DNA of 64,000 nucleotides, from assembly GCF_006345805.1 (NCBI RefSeq), contig NC_042997.1, positions 187,178,001 through 187,242,000 on the forward strand, read 5' to 3'. Below the pieces are notes generated by a model. It was not told the origin of the DNA and made no database searches. It saw only the letters and a list, made by a program, of their open reading frames with translations. The stretch is from Octopus sinensis. Its lineage: Eukaryota. Shown piece after piece: positions 12,807-25,015 of the stretch; the stretch's first letter is position 1, and the number at the start of each line of letters is the position of its first letter. The position numbers and the translations under genes are program-made.

Positions 12807-13053
12807 GTGACTAACAAATTCTAAAATATATCAGGGCAATCTCCTTTATTTTTTTTTCCGTGTATGAAGAGAATAACAAGGTGTATGATATTTGTTAATG
12901 TGTTGGTTAATACGGGAACCACTATTTAATTGTATTAAACTAACCATCATTTAAAATTTCATTACAGAATGTCAGATGTTTGCTTCACAGGATATTTCCA
13001 ATGATAATAATTATATACTACACAATGTAGCAAACAAGGAAATTAATTTTTAG

Positions 13054-13110
13054 ACATAATAAATATTTAATCGAAGTGTTGATGCAAACCCGGATGATTG
13101 AGCAACAGAA
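13054..13110 (+). CDS. Candidate exon (HNKYLIEVLMQTRMIEQQ)
   Basis: ttttag acceptor and AA|gtgagt donor; only one frame is open. Protein not recognised. Confidence 0.25.
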
Positions 13111-13227
13111 GTGAGTCATCAAGTGCTATTTAATTTGAGTCTTTTCAATAGATCCTTTGTTTTATATTTACACTAAGATTAAAATATATAAATATGTATA
13201 CATATTAATCTTATGTGTGTGTGTATA

Positions 13228-13545
13228 TATATATATAATCAATAATAAAGGGTAAAATTAATTAATCAATTAATAATTAATAATTTTACCAAGTAGTTCG
13301 GTATGTTAAAAGAACCATTATCGGTAAACTTATACAAAATTTCTATAATTATGAGTATAATTATAATTAGAGTTCAGCAAAATTTGCTCCACCACATACC
13401 AAAATTTAGAAATAGCAGTTAAAATACTATTCTACTACCATAAGAAAATCTCCCAGACAGCAATACTCTAAATTTAAGTATGTAGTGAAGCAAATTTTGC
13501 TGAACCCTAATTATAATTATGCTCATAATTATAGAATTTTATGGA
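13228..13545. mobile_element. TA-flanked repeat with fold-back arms, possibly a Penelope-like element end
   Basis: 13336-13416 and 13460-13540 are imperfect reverse complements; the element is bordered by (TA)n on both sides. Confidence 0.5.
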
Positions 13546-13898
13546 TATATATATATTGTATATCAATATACAAATATGCATTGTTTATTTCAGCCTAGAT
13601 TAGACTTCAAAAGAAATGCAAAAAATTACAATCTAATAAATATTCACTATTGCTGTAAAATAATATTAGACTTAAAACTTTGTGAAGTCATCTGAATTTG
13701 ACAATCGAAGAATGTTGTCATAAATACATAAAATTGTTTGATGACTTAATCTAGGATTGGATGAAAAAGGATTTTTTTTTTTTTAAATTAAGATTGGGTG
13801 CAGTAGAAATAACAGATATGAATAAGTGATTACCTAATTGAAATACCCAGACAGATTTCATACTAGTTGGATTTCAACCATATTAGGTCTCATCAGCT

Positions 13899-14333
13899 TA
13901 CTCTTTTACTCTCTCTTTTACTTGCTTCAGTCATTTGACTTTGGCCATGCTGGAGCACGCCCTTAGTCGAGCAAATCAACCCCAGTACTTATTCTTTGTA
14001 AGCCTAGTATTTACTTTATTGGTCTCTTTTGCCGAACTGCTAAGTTACGGGGATGTAAACACACCAGCATCGGTTGTCAAACGATGTTGGCGGTGACAAA
14101 CACAGACACACAAACATATGCATACACACATACATATACACATACACACACACATGTATATATATATATACGATGGGCTTCTTTCAGTTTCCACCTACCA
14201 AGTCCACTCACAAGGCTTTGGTTGGCCCAAGGCTATAGTATAAGACACTTGCCAACATGCCGCGCAGTGGGACTGAACCTTGAACCATGTGGTTGGTAAG
14301 CAAGCTACTTACCACACAGCCACTCCTATGCCT
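13899..14333 (-). mobile_element. SINE family A, full length
   Basis: Head AGGCATAGGAGTGGCTGTGTGGTAAG, body and AAAAGAG tail all present. Confidence 0.9.
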
Positions 14334-14705
14334 ATATCTAATATTAATGAAAGCAACAATACAGAATATCAGTCTGTTGATATAGAACATATGCAATCAA
14401 CTAAATGATATAATGTTAGATGATGAAAAAATATAATAGATATTAATTGTGGCAAAAAATATTTTCAAAAGATGCTTTTGTTCTCTGTCTGTCTGTCTGT
14501 CTCTCTCATAATTTCATCCACATTTAGGAAGTACCCACCTGCATTACTTAACTGATACTCTATTTTATCAATTCCTCTGGAAGGATGGAAAGTAAAGTTG
14601 ACTCCAGCAAGGTTTAAATTCAGAACATGAAGGAATGGAACCAAATATTACATAAGACATGTTGTCTGATGCTTGGAGGATTCTATCAATCCATTTGCCA
14701 GACAG

Positions 14706-14903
14706 ACTGGCATGTAAAAAGCACCCACTACACTCTCGGAGTGGTTGGCGTTAGAAAGGATATCCAGCTGTAGAAACTCTGCCAGATCAAGATTGGAGCC
14801 TGGTGCAGCCATCTGGTTCGCCAGCCCTCAGTCAAAATCGTCCAACCCATGCTAGCATGGAAGGCAGACGTTAAACGATGATAATGACGATGATGATGAT
14901 GAT
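14706..14903 (+). mobile_element. RTE LINE 3'-end fragment
   Basis: GCACCCACTACACTCTCGGAGTGG...GTTAAACGATGAT tail. Confidence 0.85.
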
Positions 14904-15004
14904 GACTGCTGGGCAAAGTTTTGGTTTGATGCTGTGAGAGTAAGAGAAGGACATATCAGATAATGTAATCATGTAATCGTCCATTTCTTTAAAATAACAG
15001 TTTT

Positions 15005-15305
15005 GAAGACATGTGGCTTAGTGGTTAGAGTATTCGACTCACAATCGTAAGGTTGTGAGTTCAATTCCCGGCGATATCTTGTGTCTTTGAGCAAGGCACT
15101 TTATTTCCCATTGCTCCAGTCATCTCAGCTGGCAAAAATTAGTAGTACCTGTATTTCAAAGAGCCAGCCTAGTCACATTCTGTGTCATGCTGAATCTCCC
15201 TGAGAACTACATTAAGGGTACATGTGTCTGTGGAGTGCTCAACCACTTGCACATTAATTTCACAAGCAAGCTGTTCCATTGATCGGATCAACTGGAACCA
15301 ACAGA
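15005..15305 (+). mobile_element. SINE family C
   Basis: GGCTTAGTGGTTAGAG head, GAGTTCAATTCCC B-box, TTGAGCAAGGCACTT. Confidence 0.75.
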
Positions 15306-15404
15306 GTGCCAGTGAAAATAACAGTAGCTTATTGACTTTGACCAAAGGTCTGTTCAATTAGGGCTGAACAACAAGTAGCATACAGAACAGACTGGGCAAC
15401 GGTA

Positions 15405-15810
15405 CAGAAATTAATAGCACACTGGGCGAAATGCTGAGCGGTATTTCGTCTGCCACTACATTCTGAGTTCAAATTCCGCCGAGGTCGACTTTGCCTTTCA
15501 CCCTTTCGGGGTTGATTAAATAAGTACCAGTTACGCACTGGGGTCTCTATAATTGACTTAATCCGTTTGTCTGTCCTTGTTTGTCCTCTTTGTGTTTAGC
15601 CCCTTGTGGATAGTAAAGAAATGGGTATTTTGTCTGCCACTACGTTCTGAGTTCAAATTCCGTCGAGGTCGACTTTTGCCTTTCATCCTTTCGGGGTCAA
15701 TTAAATAAGTACCAGTTACGCACTGGGGTCGATATGATTGACTTAATCCATTTGTCTGTCCTTGTTTGTCCTCTTTGTGTTTAGCCCCTTGTGGACAGTA
15801 AAGAAATAGG
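15405..15810 (+). mobile_element. SINE family B head-to-tail dimer
   Basis: Two consecutive ~200-bp family B bodies joined at AAAGAAATGGGTATTTTGTCTGCC. Confidence 0.85.
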
Positions 15811-16470
15811 CATGGAAAGTAACCTGTCCAGAATTCCACATTGCATGTCAGAATTCAAAGTGGAAGCATGATATATCAGGAACAATAGAATTATACCTAA
15901 GTTGATTGGCTTCCTGACAACATGTCATAGGTCTGTTTAATTAGGGCTGATCTGGTGATACACAATAACAACAACAAGAACAACAGCAACAGCAACAACA
16001 GACATCTTTTTATATTCATCAATGTGAGATATGAATTTGTGTGAAATTGTGAAATATCATATTCAAAATTTATTATTCTCCACGGCTGCAATTTTATCAC
16101 TAAAAGTAAAAACAAAATAAACAAAAAAAAACAGACAAAACAGTAGAATGATTAGATAGATGTTCAATGCTAGACAATAGATTTAATAGGTTTTCTATGA
16201 TTCTATGACTGGCATAGAATGAAGTGTTGTCATAGATGTGCGTATATGTGAGATGTGTGTGTGTGTGTGTGTGCAGGGAGGAGTGGTGTGTATGTTAAGA
16301 ATGGGGGTGGGAAGAACTGGGTGGGTTTGAGGTTGTGTGTATGTGTGTGTGTGAGAATGTAGGGGGATGAATTCTAAACAGAAACTATGAAAACAGAGTC
16401 CAATCAATGATATTAAGGTATTGATCAAAACGAAAGAGAGAAAATTGTGTGCATGTGTATCCTTTTTTTT

Positions 16471-16650
16471 TCTTTTATTCTTTTACTTGTTTCAGTCATT
16501 TGACTGTGGCCATGCTGGAGCACTGCCTTTAGTCGAGCAAATCGACCCCCAGGACTTATTCTTTGTAAGCCTAGTACTTATTCTATCGGTCTCATTTACC
16601 GAACCGTTAAGTTACAGGGATGTAAACACTCCAGCATCAGTTGTCAAGCG
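16471..16650 (-). mobile_element. SINE family A, 3' half
   Basis: Homology to the family A 3' region. Confidence 0.85.
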
Positions 16651-16877
16651 ATAACTGTCCATACTATAAAGTTGTTGGCACCTGGAAGGGCATTCCGCTG
16701 TATAAGAACATGGCAAAACTGACCTCACCTGTGCATGTACCACGCAAAAAACAAAGCACCCAGTCCACTCTGCTGAGTGTTTGGTGTGAGGAAGGGCATC
16801 CAGCCATAAAAACCCTGCGAAAACAGACACAAAACTCTGATGCAAGCACCTGCCGGGCCAACTCCTGTCAAACCATA

Positions 16878-17160
16878 TATTATTATTATTATGGCTGCCC
16901 CCTCGTTATTGAGTATGGCCATTGCACGAAGCTTAACTGTTACTGGTGCTGTGATCGAATGTGACTTTTTAGCCCAGCTAAAAATCTACGACGTCTTGTA
17001 CAGAATTGGCAACTAATACCTTTACCGGTAATAGCCGGCTGTAGTTGTAACTGGGCTTCATGTACCTTTGCATGTCGTTTAAGTCCTCCTGCCGAATTAC
17101 ACTCTTTTCCACATGCCCAACAGATATGATTAGTATGGTGTGTAACACCACCACCAGTGG
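16878..17160 (-). mobile_element. LINE 3' end encoding two C2H2 zinc fingers, probably RTE-like
   Basis: CWAC-x12-HAKVH and CQFC-x12-HIRSQH, then a stop, a short UTR and a (TAA)n tail at ~16878-16890. Confidence 0.65.
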
Positions 17161-17166
17161 CCATAT

Positions 17167-17199
<33 letters not shown>

Positions 17200-17210
17200 T
17201 ATATATATGT

Positions 17211-17418
17211 GACCTCATGCGTACCGTTGTCGATTTTTTTTCCTCTGTCTTCCCTTCTCTGGATCTTTCCTTCTCCTATGTTTCCGACGAAGAGCTCCGC
17301 TCAAAATGTTAAACCCTCCTTCTTTCCTTCTTTCCTGAGCATCCAATAATACTACATTTGTTCCACGTCCATCCTTGTGTTGTTGTGTTTTTTTGTGCTT
17401 TCTTGTTTGGATTAACCT
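17211..17418 (+). mobile_element. ~210-bp TA-flanked element with an inactivated minimal hammerhead motif
   Basis: Homologous to 41657-41863 and 61168-61386; core reads CCGACGA...AAAATGTT instead of CTGATGA...GAAACGTT. Confidence 0.75.
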
Positions 17419-17503
17419 TATATATATATATATATATATGATGGAGGCAAGTGTGAATTTGTGCATATGTATGAGTGTTGTAAATTAGTTTTTTGTGCTG
17501 TTG

Positions 17504-17538
<35 letters not shown>

Positions 17539-18095
17539 ATAATACTAGTTGACACTCTGGGTCCCTTGAGATACTAAAAGGGCAGGCTTGCAGAGGACGT
17601 TCAACTTGTAGCACAATGTGTTTCCTTTTGCTTGTATTTCCTTTTTCTTTTCTTTTCTCGTTTTCTTCTACTTTTTTTTTTGTTTAAGTTTTCTGAGGTG
17701 TTTTTTTTTGTTTTGTTTTGTATTGTTGTGTTGTTGTTGTTGTTTTCATTTTGAGACATTCCAGGAAGTCTGCTGACAGATGGTAATTAGGATTGAGCTA
17801 AAAAGACATATTCCAACACATTTCAGCCAATTATCTGGGCACAGATGTGATAAAGGAAAAAAGACAAGAGAAGTGAAAGATGTGAAAGATTTTCCAGTTG
17901 CTATTATACCATTATCGGGAGCTGAGTGAAGGAAAAATAGAGGAAACACAAGAGAAAACGAAGTATTATATATATAATATATACATACATATATAAGTGT
18001 GTATATCTATGTATTCACTTATATATGTATATGTGTGTATGTGTGTATATGTATGCGTGCATGTATATATATATACATGTGCATGTGTATGTAAG

Positions 18096-18150
<55 letters not shown>

Positions 18151-18181
18151 ATATATATATGTATATATTATATATATATAT

Positions 18182-18349
18182 GTAATCACCTCTCCCTCCA
18201 CCAAATCGCTACCCCCTTATTTAATGCATTTATATATACATACACATGCACACATTTTAAAGATATATATACATACATATATATACATATATATATATAT
18301 ATATACATTATATATATATACATATATATATATAATATATATATGTATA

Positions 18350-18393
<44 letters not shown>

Positions 18394-18489
18394 GTATGTA
18401 TATATATCTTTAAAATGTGTGTATGTGTATGTATATATAAATGCATTAAATAAGGGGGTAGCGATTTGGTGGAGGGAGGAGGTGATTAC
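18182..18489. repeat. Near-perfect long inverted repeat (~125-bp arms) around a TA-rich spacer
   Basis: GTAATCACCTC...TACAT and its reverse complement differ by about two changes. Confidence 0.92.
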
Positions 18490-18859
18490 TGATGTCAGCA
18501 GACAATGGCGAAAGGGTGATGATGAAGCCAACATTACTGAAATGATAGGGTCTGTATGTACAAATGTGTGTGTGTGTATGTGTGTGTGTGTGTGTATGTG
18601 TGTACGTGCATGTGTGTGTATGTGAGATTCAGATGATTGATGTTTGAGGTGGTGTAGGTTCCTTATGCCCAGAAAGAAAGAGAGAGAGAGAGAATAGATG
18701 CTAGGAGAAGGGGCTAAGGTAAATGAGGGGGAGGAGATGGTGGAAACGGGGGGAGGGAGCGGAGTGAGTTGGGTAGGAGGTAACATTCTGGATAAGGTGG
18801 GAGGCAGAAGAAGAAGAAGAATAGAGCAACTGTGGAGGAATTTTTAATGATTGCAATAG

Positions 18860-19290
18860 TGTTGGCGTTGGTGGTGGCGATGGTGTTGGTAGTGGTGGTG
18901 GTGGTGGTGGTGGGTTTTGCTAGTGGTGGCGGCAGTGTTTGAGGTGTGAGGTAATGTAGTTTTAAAGACATAGGTGTTAAGTCAGCATAGATGGCAAAAG
19001 GGTTTGTGGTTTGAGGCGGATGTCATGAAGTAATATTTAAGGAGGAGCAGAAGCATGACTTGGCGATCTGGGTGTAAGTGGTGACACTGGTGGTGGTGGT
19101 GGTGGTGGCGGTGGTGTTGGTGGTGGTGGTAGTGGTGGTGTTGGTGGTGGTGGTAGTGGTGGTGGTGGTAGTGGTGGTGGTGGTGTGGTGGTGGTGGTGG
19201 TGGTGGTGGGTGTAACTGGTGGGGTGAGGGAGGGTGGAAAAGTAGATGGGTGCCGGCAGTGGTGGTGGTGGTGGTGGTGGTGGTGGTGGT
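18860..19290. repeat. (GGT)n-rich microsatellite region
   Basis: Directly visible. Confidence 0.9.
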
Positions 19291-19659
19291 ACAAGAGTGA
19301 AGTGGAAATGAAGTAGAAATACAGGCAAAGGTGGAGTAAATTATTAGTCCTGTCTACTCTCTCTCTCTCACTTTCTCTCTTTTTCTCTGTCTCTCTCTTT
19401 CTCTTTCTCTCTCTCTCTCTCTCTCTCCATTTCCTGTTCCTTTTACATCATCCAAGGCTATATCTACCACCTACACTACTTTTTTTTTCCATAGTAGTCG
19501 TGGCCCAATGCTAGTTTCACATAACTGGCACCTGAGCTGCTGGCACATAAAGTGCCCCATTTGAGTTTTGGGCCTGATAGAGGCAATATGGCTGATGCCA
19601 GGTGTCACATAACTATAACACCTGTACCGGTGGCATGTAAAAAAAATTCCCCTTTCAAG

Positions 19660-20100
19660 TGTTGGGCCTCACAGAGGCAATGGCAAATGACCAAGACCTT
19701 CAGCAACATGCTGTGCTTGAGAAGAAGACCCACTGATCCAAGTGAAATCATAATCATAGCAGATACTAGGGGGTCACACAACTGGACCCATGCTAATGGC
19801 ATGTAAAAGCACCCATTACACTCTCAGAGTGGTTGGTGTTAGGAAGGGCATCCTGTTGTAGAAACTCTGCTAGATCAGATTAGAGTCTAGTGCAGCCATC
19901 TGGTTTGCCAGACCTCAGTCAAATCGTCCAACCCATGCTAGCATGGAAAGTGGACGTTAAACGATGATGATGATGATGATGATGTTAAGAAGGGCATCCA
20001 GCTGTAGAAACCATGCCCAATCAGACTGTAGTCTGGTGCAACCCCTCAGCTTACCAGCTCTGGTCAAACCATTCAACCCATGCCAGCATGGACAATAGAT
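19660..20100 (+). mobile_element. RTE LINE C-terminus/3'UTR fragments with two tails
   Basis: GGCCTCACAGAGGCAATG...GAGAAGAAGACCC matches the ORF2 end; 3'UTR tails end near 19985 and 20100. Confidence 0.75.
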
Positions 20101-20101
20101 G

Positions 20102-20329
20102 TTAACCTTTTAGCATTTAAAACGGCCATATCTGGCCCAGGTATTTTATCTGTTTTGTGTTCAAACCAGCCAAATCCAGCCTCTCACACCTATCCTAGAA
20201 TGTTGTTCTGAAAATAAACAATCACATCATTAAAATCTCAGAGCTACGAGATAGTGCATTATTAATTGAAAACAGTGGGAATAAACAAGCATCACATTTG
20301 ACAGAATAATCTAACTACTGAAGGGTTAA
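20102..20329. mobile_element. TTAA-flanked piggyBac-like MITE
   Basis: TTAACCTTT...AAGGGTTAA, inserted at the TTAA of an RTE tail just before (GAT)n. Same family as 38551-39353. Confidence 0.75.
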
Positions 20330-20572
20330 ATGATGATGATGATGATGACGATGATGACGATGATGACAATGATGACGATGATGACGATGATGACAATGAT
20401 GACGATGATGACGATGATGACAATGATGACGATGATGATGACAGCGATGACGACGACGACGACGAAGATGACGACAATGATTTTGATGATGATGATAGTG
20501 ACAATGACGATGATGATGATGATGATGACGACGACCACGATGACGATGACGACAGTGATGATGATGATGATT
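20330..20572. repeat. (GAT/GAC/AAT)n array with a 27-nt higher-order unit
   Basis: GATGACGATGATGACGATGATGACAAT repeated. Confidence 0.9.
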
Positions 20573-20749
20573 GATTATTTGATAGCACAAAAATCTGAAT
20601 GACCACTGGTTTTATTGTCTAACCCCACTGTATTGATCAACCCCATTCTAGTGGACTTTTGATCAAAGACATTCCAGCTGTGGCTATCCAGATTTGTTTT
20701 GGGACATGGTATCGTTTCTTTTTATCATTGCTTTTATTTTCCATATGCT

Positions 20750-21113
20750 TATTTCAGTCATTGGACAGCAGCCATTCTGGAGCACCACCTTGAAAGGGTT
20801 AGTCAAACAAATCAATCCTCCATACTTATATTTTTATAAAGACTGATACTATTCTATCAGTCTCTTTTGCTGAACTGCTAGATTATAAGTATGTAAACAA
20901 ACCAATACCAGTTATCAAGTAGTGGTGAAAGGCACCACTGATACAAACACACACACACACGCATGCAATGGGTTTCCACACAGTTTCTATCAACTAAATT
21001 CCCTCACATTTCATTGGTCAACCTGAGCTATAACAGAAACTCAGGGTATCACACAGTGGGACTGAACCCAAGACCAAATGGTTTGGAAGCAAGCTTCTGA
21101 ACCACATAGTCAC
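20750..21113 (-). mobile_element. SINE family A, degenerate
   Basis: Homology to family A. Confidence 0.75.
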
Positions 21114-21373
21114 ATGTGTATTTCTTTCTTTAAAAACAGCATGTGGAATATGAGGAAGATTTGGCTGCTATTTGTTTCAAATTATGCAATCACGCTGCAG
21201 TTTTCCATGTCAGTTCTCAACCGGTTTCATTATTTTGAAAGTGTTCATAATAGAAAGAATTATTTTGAATATGTGTGTATGTATATATATGTGATCCACA
21301 TGAGAATAGTGATGTGTGTATTCATTTATTCATTTGTTTCATGCCCATTTTCCCATGTTTACATGGGTTAGAT

Positions 21374-21691
21374 CAGGGTTGGCCAACCTGAGGCCCACCG
21401 GCCGCATGCAGCCTGTATTGTGTTTAATTTCAAAATAAAATTGCTTGTATAAAACATTTGTTTCAAAATAAATTAAAAATTTATAAGTGGTAATAAAGCA
21501 ACAGCCTACAATTTAATAATTTTAAACAAGGCATAGGAGTGGCTGTGTGGTAAGTAATTTGCTTACCAAGCACATGGTTCCGGGTTCAGTCTCATTGCAT
21601 GGCACCTTCAGCAAGTGTCTTCTACTATAGCCTCGGGCTGACCAAAGCCTTGTGAGTGGATTTGGTAGATGGAAACTGAAAGAAGCCTGTC

Positions 21692-21727
<36 letters not shown>

Positions 21728-22050
21728 TTGTGTGTCTGTGTTTGTCCCCCCAACATCGCTTGACAACCAATGCTGGTGTGTTTATGTCCCTGTAACTTAG
21801 CAGTTCAGCAAAAGAGACTGATAGAATAAGTACTAGGCTTACAAAGAATAAGTCCTGGGGTGCTCCATCATGGCCACAGTCAAATGACTAAAACAAGTAA
21901 AAGAGTTAAAGAGTAAAACAAAAAAGATGAAAAATTCTTGATTCTCTAATTTGATTATTTGACTATTAGTGAATAAAGTATACAAGTGGCCCTAAAAAAA
22001 CTTTCTGCAATTAATGTGGCCCGTGATGTAATTCAAGTTGGCCAGGCCTG
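21374..22050. mobile_element. hAT-type MITE with an 8-bp target-site duplication
   Basis: Ends CAGGGTTGGCCAAC and GTTGGCCAGGCCTG; GGTTAGAT duplicated at 21366-21373 and 22051-22058. Confidence 0.85.
21529..21917 (+). mobile_element. SINE family A nested in the hAT MITE
   Basis: Full head, body and tail. Confidence 0.9.
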
Positions 22051-22518
22051 GGTTAGATGATTAATAAGCCATTGTTTTTATCATCCGATGCCCTTCCTGC
22101 CACTAACTTTCTCTTGTTTTTCAAGAAATGGATCTTTTATTTCACTCATCTTTGAAGGTGCCATAACCTGTGAATGATTTGCTGGCTGGCAAAATGGCAA
22201 TAGCATCACAGCTTTATAGCTCATGCTTTTTTGGACATGCACAGATGTAAAGAAACACACAGGCATATGTGTGTCTTGTGTTTGTGTGTATGTTTGCAAT
22301 TGTGCGTGCCTGCATGTGTGTGCATGTGTGTGTGTGTGTGTGTGTGTATGTGTGTGTGTGTGTGAGTGTGTGTGTGTATGGGAGCAAGTGTGATGGAGTG
22401 GATGCATAAAAGTAGTGATGTATGATCTGGAAGTTAGTTAGGAGGAGGGGTATCTGTGAGTTTGGTTTGTTGTGAGGACTTATTTTTAAACTAGTTGACA
22501 CTGTGAGTTTGTGTGTCT

Positions 22519-22574
<56 letters not shown>

Positions 22575-22710
22575 GAGCAGATAAAGGAAGATATGTGTAA
22601 GAGTAGGGCTAGTAAGGAGAAAGTATAAGGATGTGTGTACCAGTGTGTCTGTGCGCACTAGCATGCATAAATGTGTTTGTGTGTGTATATGTGTGTGTGT
22701 GTGTATGTGT

Positions 22711-22772
<62 letters not shown>

Positions 22773-22820
22773 TTAATTACTGTGTTAGAGGAAGAAGTGT
22801 GAAGAATGGTTGGGGAAAGA

Positions 22821-22851
<31 letters not shown>

Positions 22852-22876
22852 TAAATAAATAGATAGATGGATAGGT

Positions 22877-22963
<87 letters not shown>

Positions 22964-23048
22964 GATAAATAGATTGCTAGATAGATAAATTGATAAATAG
23001 ATAGATAGATAGATAGATAGATATAAAGATAGATAGATAGATATAAAG

Positions 23049-23079
<31 letters not shown>

Positions 23080-23103
23080 GAGAGATATAAAGATAGATAA
23101 ATG

Positions 23104-23157
<54 letters not shown>

Positions 23158-23160
23158 GAC
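22821..23160. repeat. (GATA)n microsatellite
   Basis: Directly visible. Confidence 0.95.
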
Positions 23161-23674
23161 AGACAGATGAAAGAGAGACTGAGTGTACGAGTGAAAGAGA
23201 GAGAAAGACAGATACAAAAAGATGAAGAAGGAAGAGTAGTTTAAGGTGAAGAAGAGAGATCAATGGTAGAAAGAAACCTGAGGTAAATGAATATGGAGGT
23301 GCCAGCATAAACTTTGAGTTTCCTTATCGTTATTGTTATTTAGTTGCTGGTCAGTCTTGATTGAGGAGATCTGGGATCAAAGACATTCAAGCCAACACCA
23401 TCCATCCTGTCCTTTTTCTGACTCGCAGAGTTTATTTATTATTCAGTGTGTTCATCCATCTTTTTTTTTTGCTTCAAAAGATGGAACTTTGTGCTTTTGG
23501 AAAGAGTTTTAGGCTGTTATTTATGGCAGGATGATGCTGTCTTCCTTCTTTTTCTTGTGGCTGTTTGAAAGGATTTAGATAGTCCATAGATAATCCATGG
23601 ATATTATGTTGCAGCCCTCCTCACCTTCAGTGTTTATCTCAGTTTCATGATATATATATATATTTTAACATTCG

Positions 23675-23972
23675 AGCGAGGTCGTTGCCAGTGCCGCTGC
23701 ACTGGCTCCAGTACAGGTGGCACATAAAAAGCACCATTTGAGCGTGGCCGTTGCCAGTACTGCCTGACTGGCACTCATGCCATTGGCACATAAAAGCACC
23801 TACTACACTCTCGGAGTGGTTGGCATTAGGAAGGGCATCCAGCTGTAGAAACTCTGCCAGATTAGATTGGAGTCTGATGCAGCCATCTGGTTTGCCAGAC
23901 CTCAGTCAAATCGTCCACCCCATGCTAGCATGGAAAGCGGAACTTAAACAATGATGAGGATGATGATGATAT
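23675..23972 (+). mobile_element. RTE LINE 3'UTR fragment
   Basis: Shared 3'UTR and (GAT)n tail. Confidence 0.85.
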
Positions 23973-24684
23973 ATATAATATATATATATGACCCTTCTCA
24001 CTCACACCATTTTTGATTATCACTTCTCATTCAGCTCTCTTAGACATTAAGGTCAAGGGGATCCCTTGAGCAGTGGTTTTCAACTGGGGTCCATATAAAA
24101 TTGTTTTGTTAAAATATATGTGTAATAAATTGGTTATACTGCTATAATACAAAAAACATTTTAATATACCTTTTATACAAATCCTGATGATACTTAACCC
24201 TTTCAATACCAACCTGGCTGAACCACCTCTGTCTCTGTTACACAGATGTCTTGTTTTCACAAATTTTGAATAAAAATCTGCCTTTCATCATTTTGGGTCA
24301 ATAAATTAAGTACCAGTTGTGTACTGGGGTCGATCTTATCAACTGGGCCCCCTCCTCCAAAATATCGGACCTTGTGCCTAGAATACAAAAAGAATTTTCT
24401 GGAATTCTTTCTCAACCTATGCTTCTCTCGCATGGATTAGCTTTCAGACATTCAAGCTGAGCTTCGACCACTTAGACCTAACTAGTTTTGGAGCTCCTAT
24501 AAGGGCTATGAGCATTTTCGTATACTAGATCATCATCATTGTCATCATCAATATTATCATCATCATTGTTATTATCATCATCATCATCATTATCAATACC
24601 ATTTTACATCTGTTGGATTGAAATTCTGAGGCAGTATTTGATGCTGGATCTCACCTACCTTTTCATTCATCTTTTAAAGAGAGT

Positions 24685-25015
24685 AAAGAGTAAAGACCCT
24701 CTTTGGTCATGAATGACCATGCACCTAGAAAGTTCCCCTCTGAGGCACAAGTCCAGGCAAGGTTGTTTATAGAAGACCAGCATTCACCCATGCATACCAG
24801 CATCCCCTCTCCACACCACCGATGTTATACAAAGGAAAGGCAAAGGCTGCTAAAGCTTGGCACCAGTGACGTCGCAGCTCATTTTTACAGCTGAGTGTAC
24901 TGGAGCAACATGAAAATAAAGTGTCTTGCTCAAGAACACAACACACAGCTCAGTCCAGGAATAGAATTCACTACCTCATGATTGTGAGCCTGACACTCTA
25001 ACCACTGAGCCATCT
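24685..25015 (-). mobile_element. SINE family C variant
   Basis: Homologous to 46440-46765; tRNA-like head near 25010 on the minus strand. Confidence 0.75.

Noticed and set aside
13285-13335. Hammerhead-like geometry TTTAC-CGATAA-TGGT...ACC-GAAC...GTAAA on the minus strand
   Set aside because: Several core positions deviate and there is no NUH triplet; it may be a decayed relic but is unsupported.
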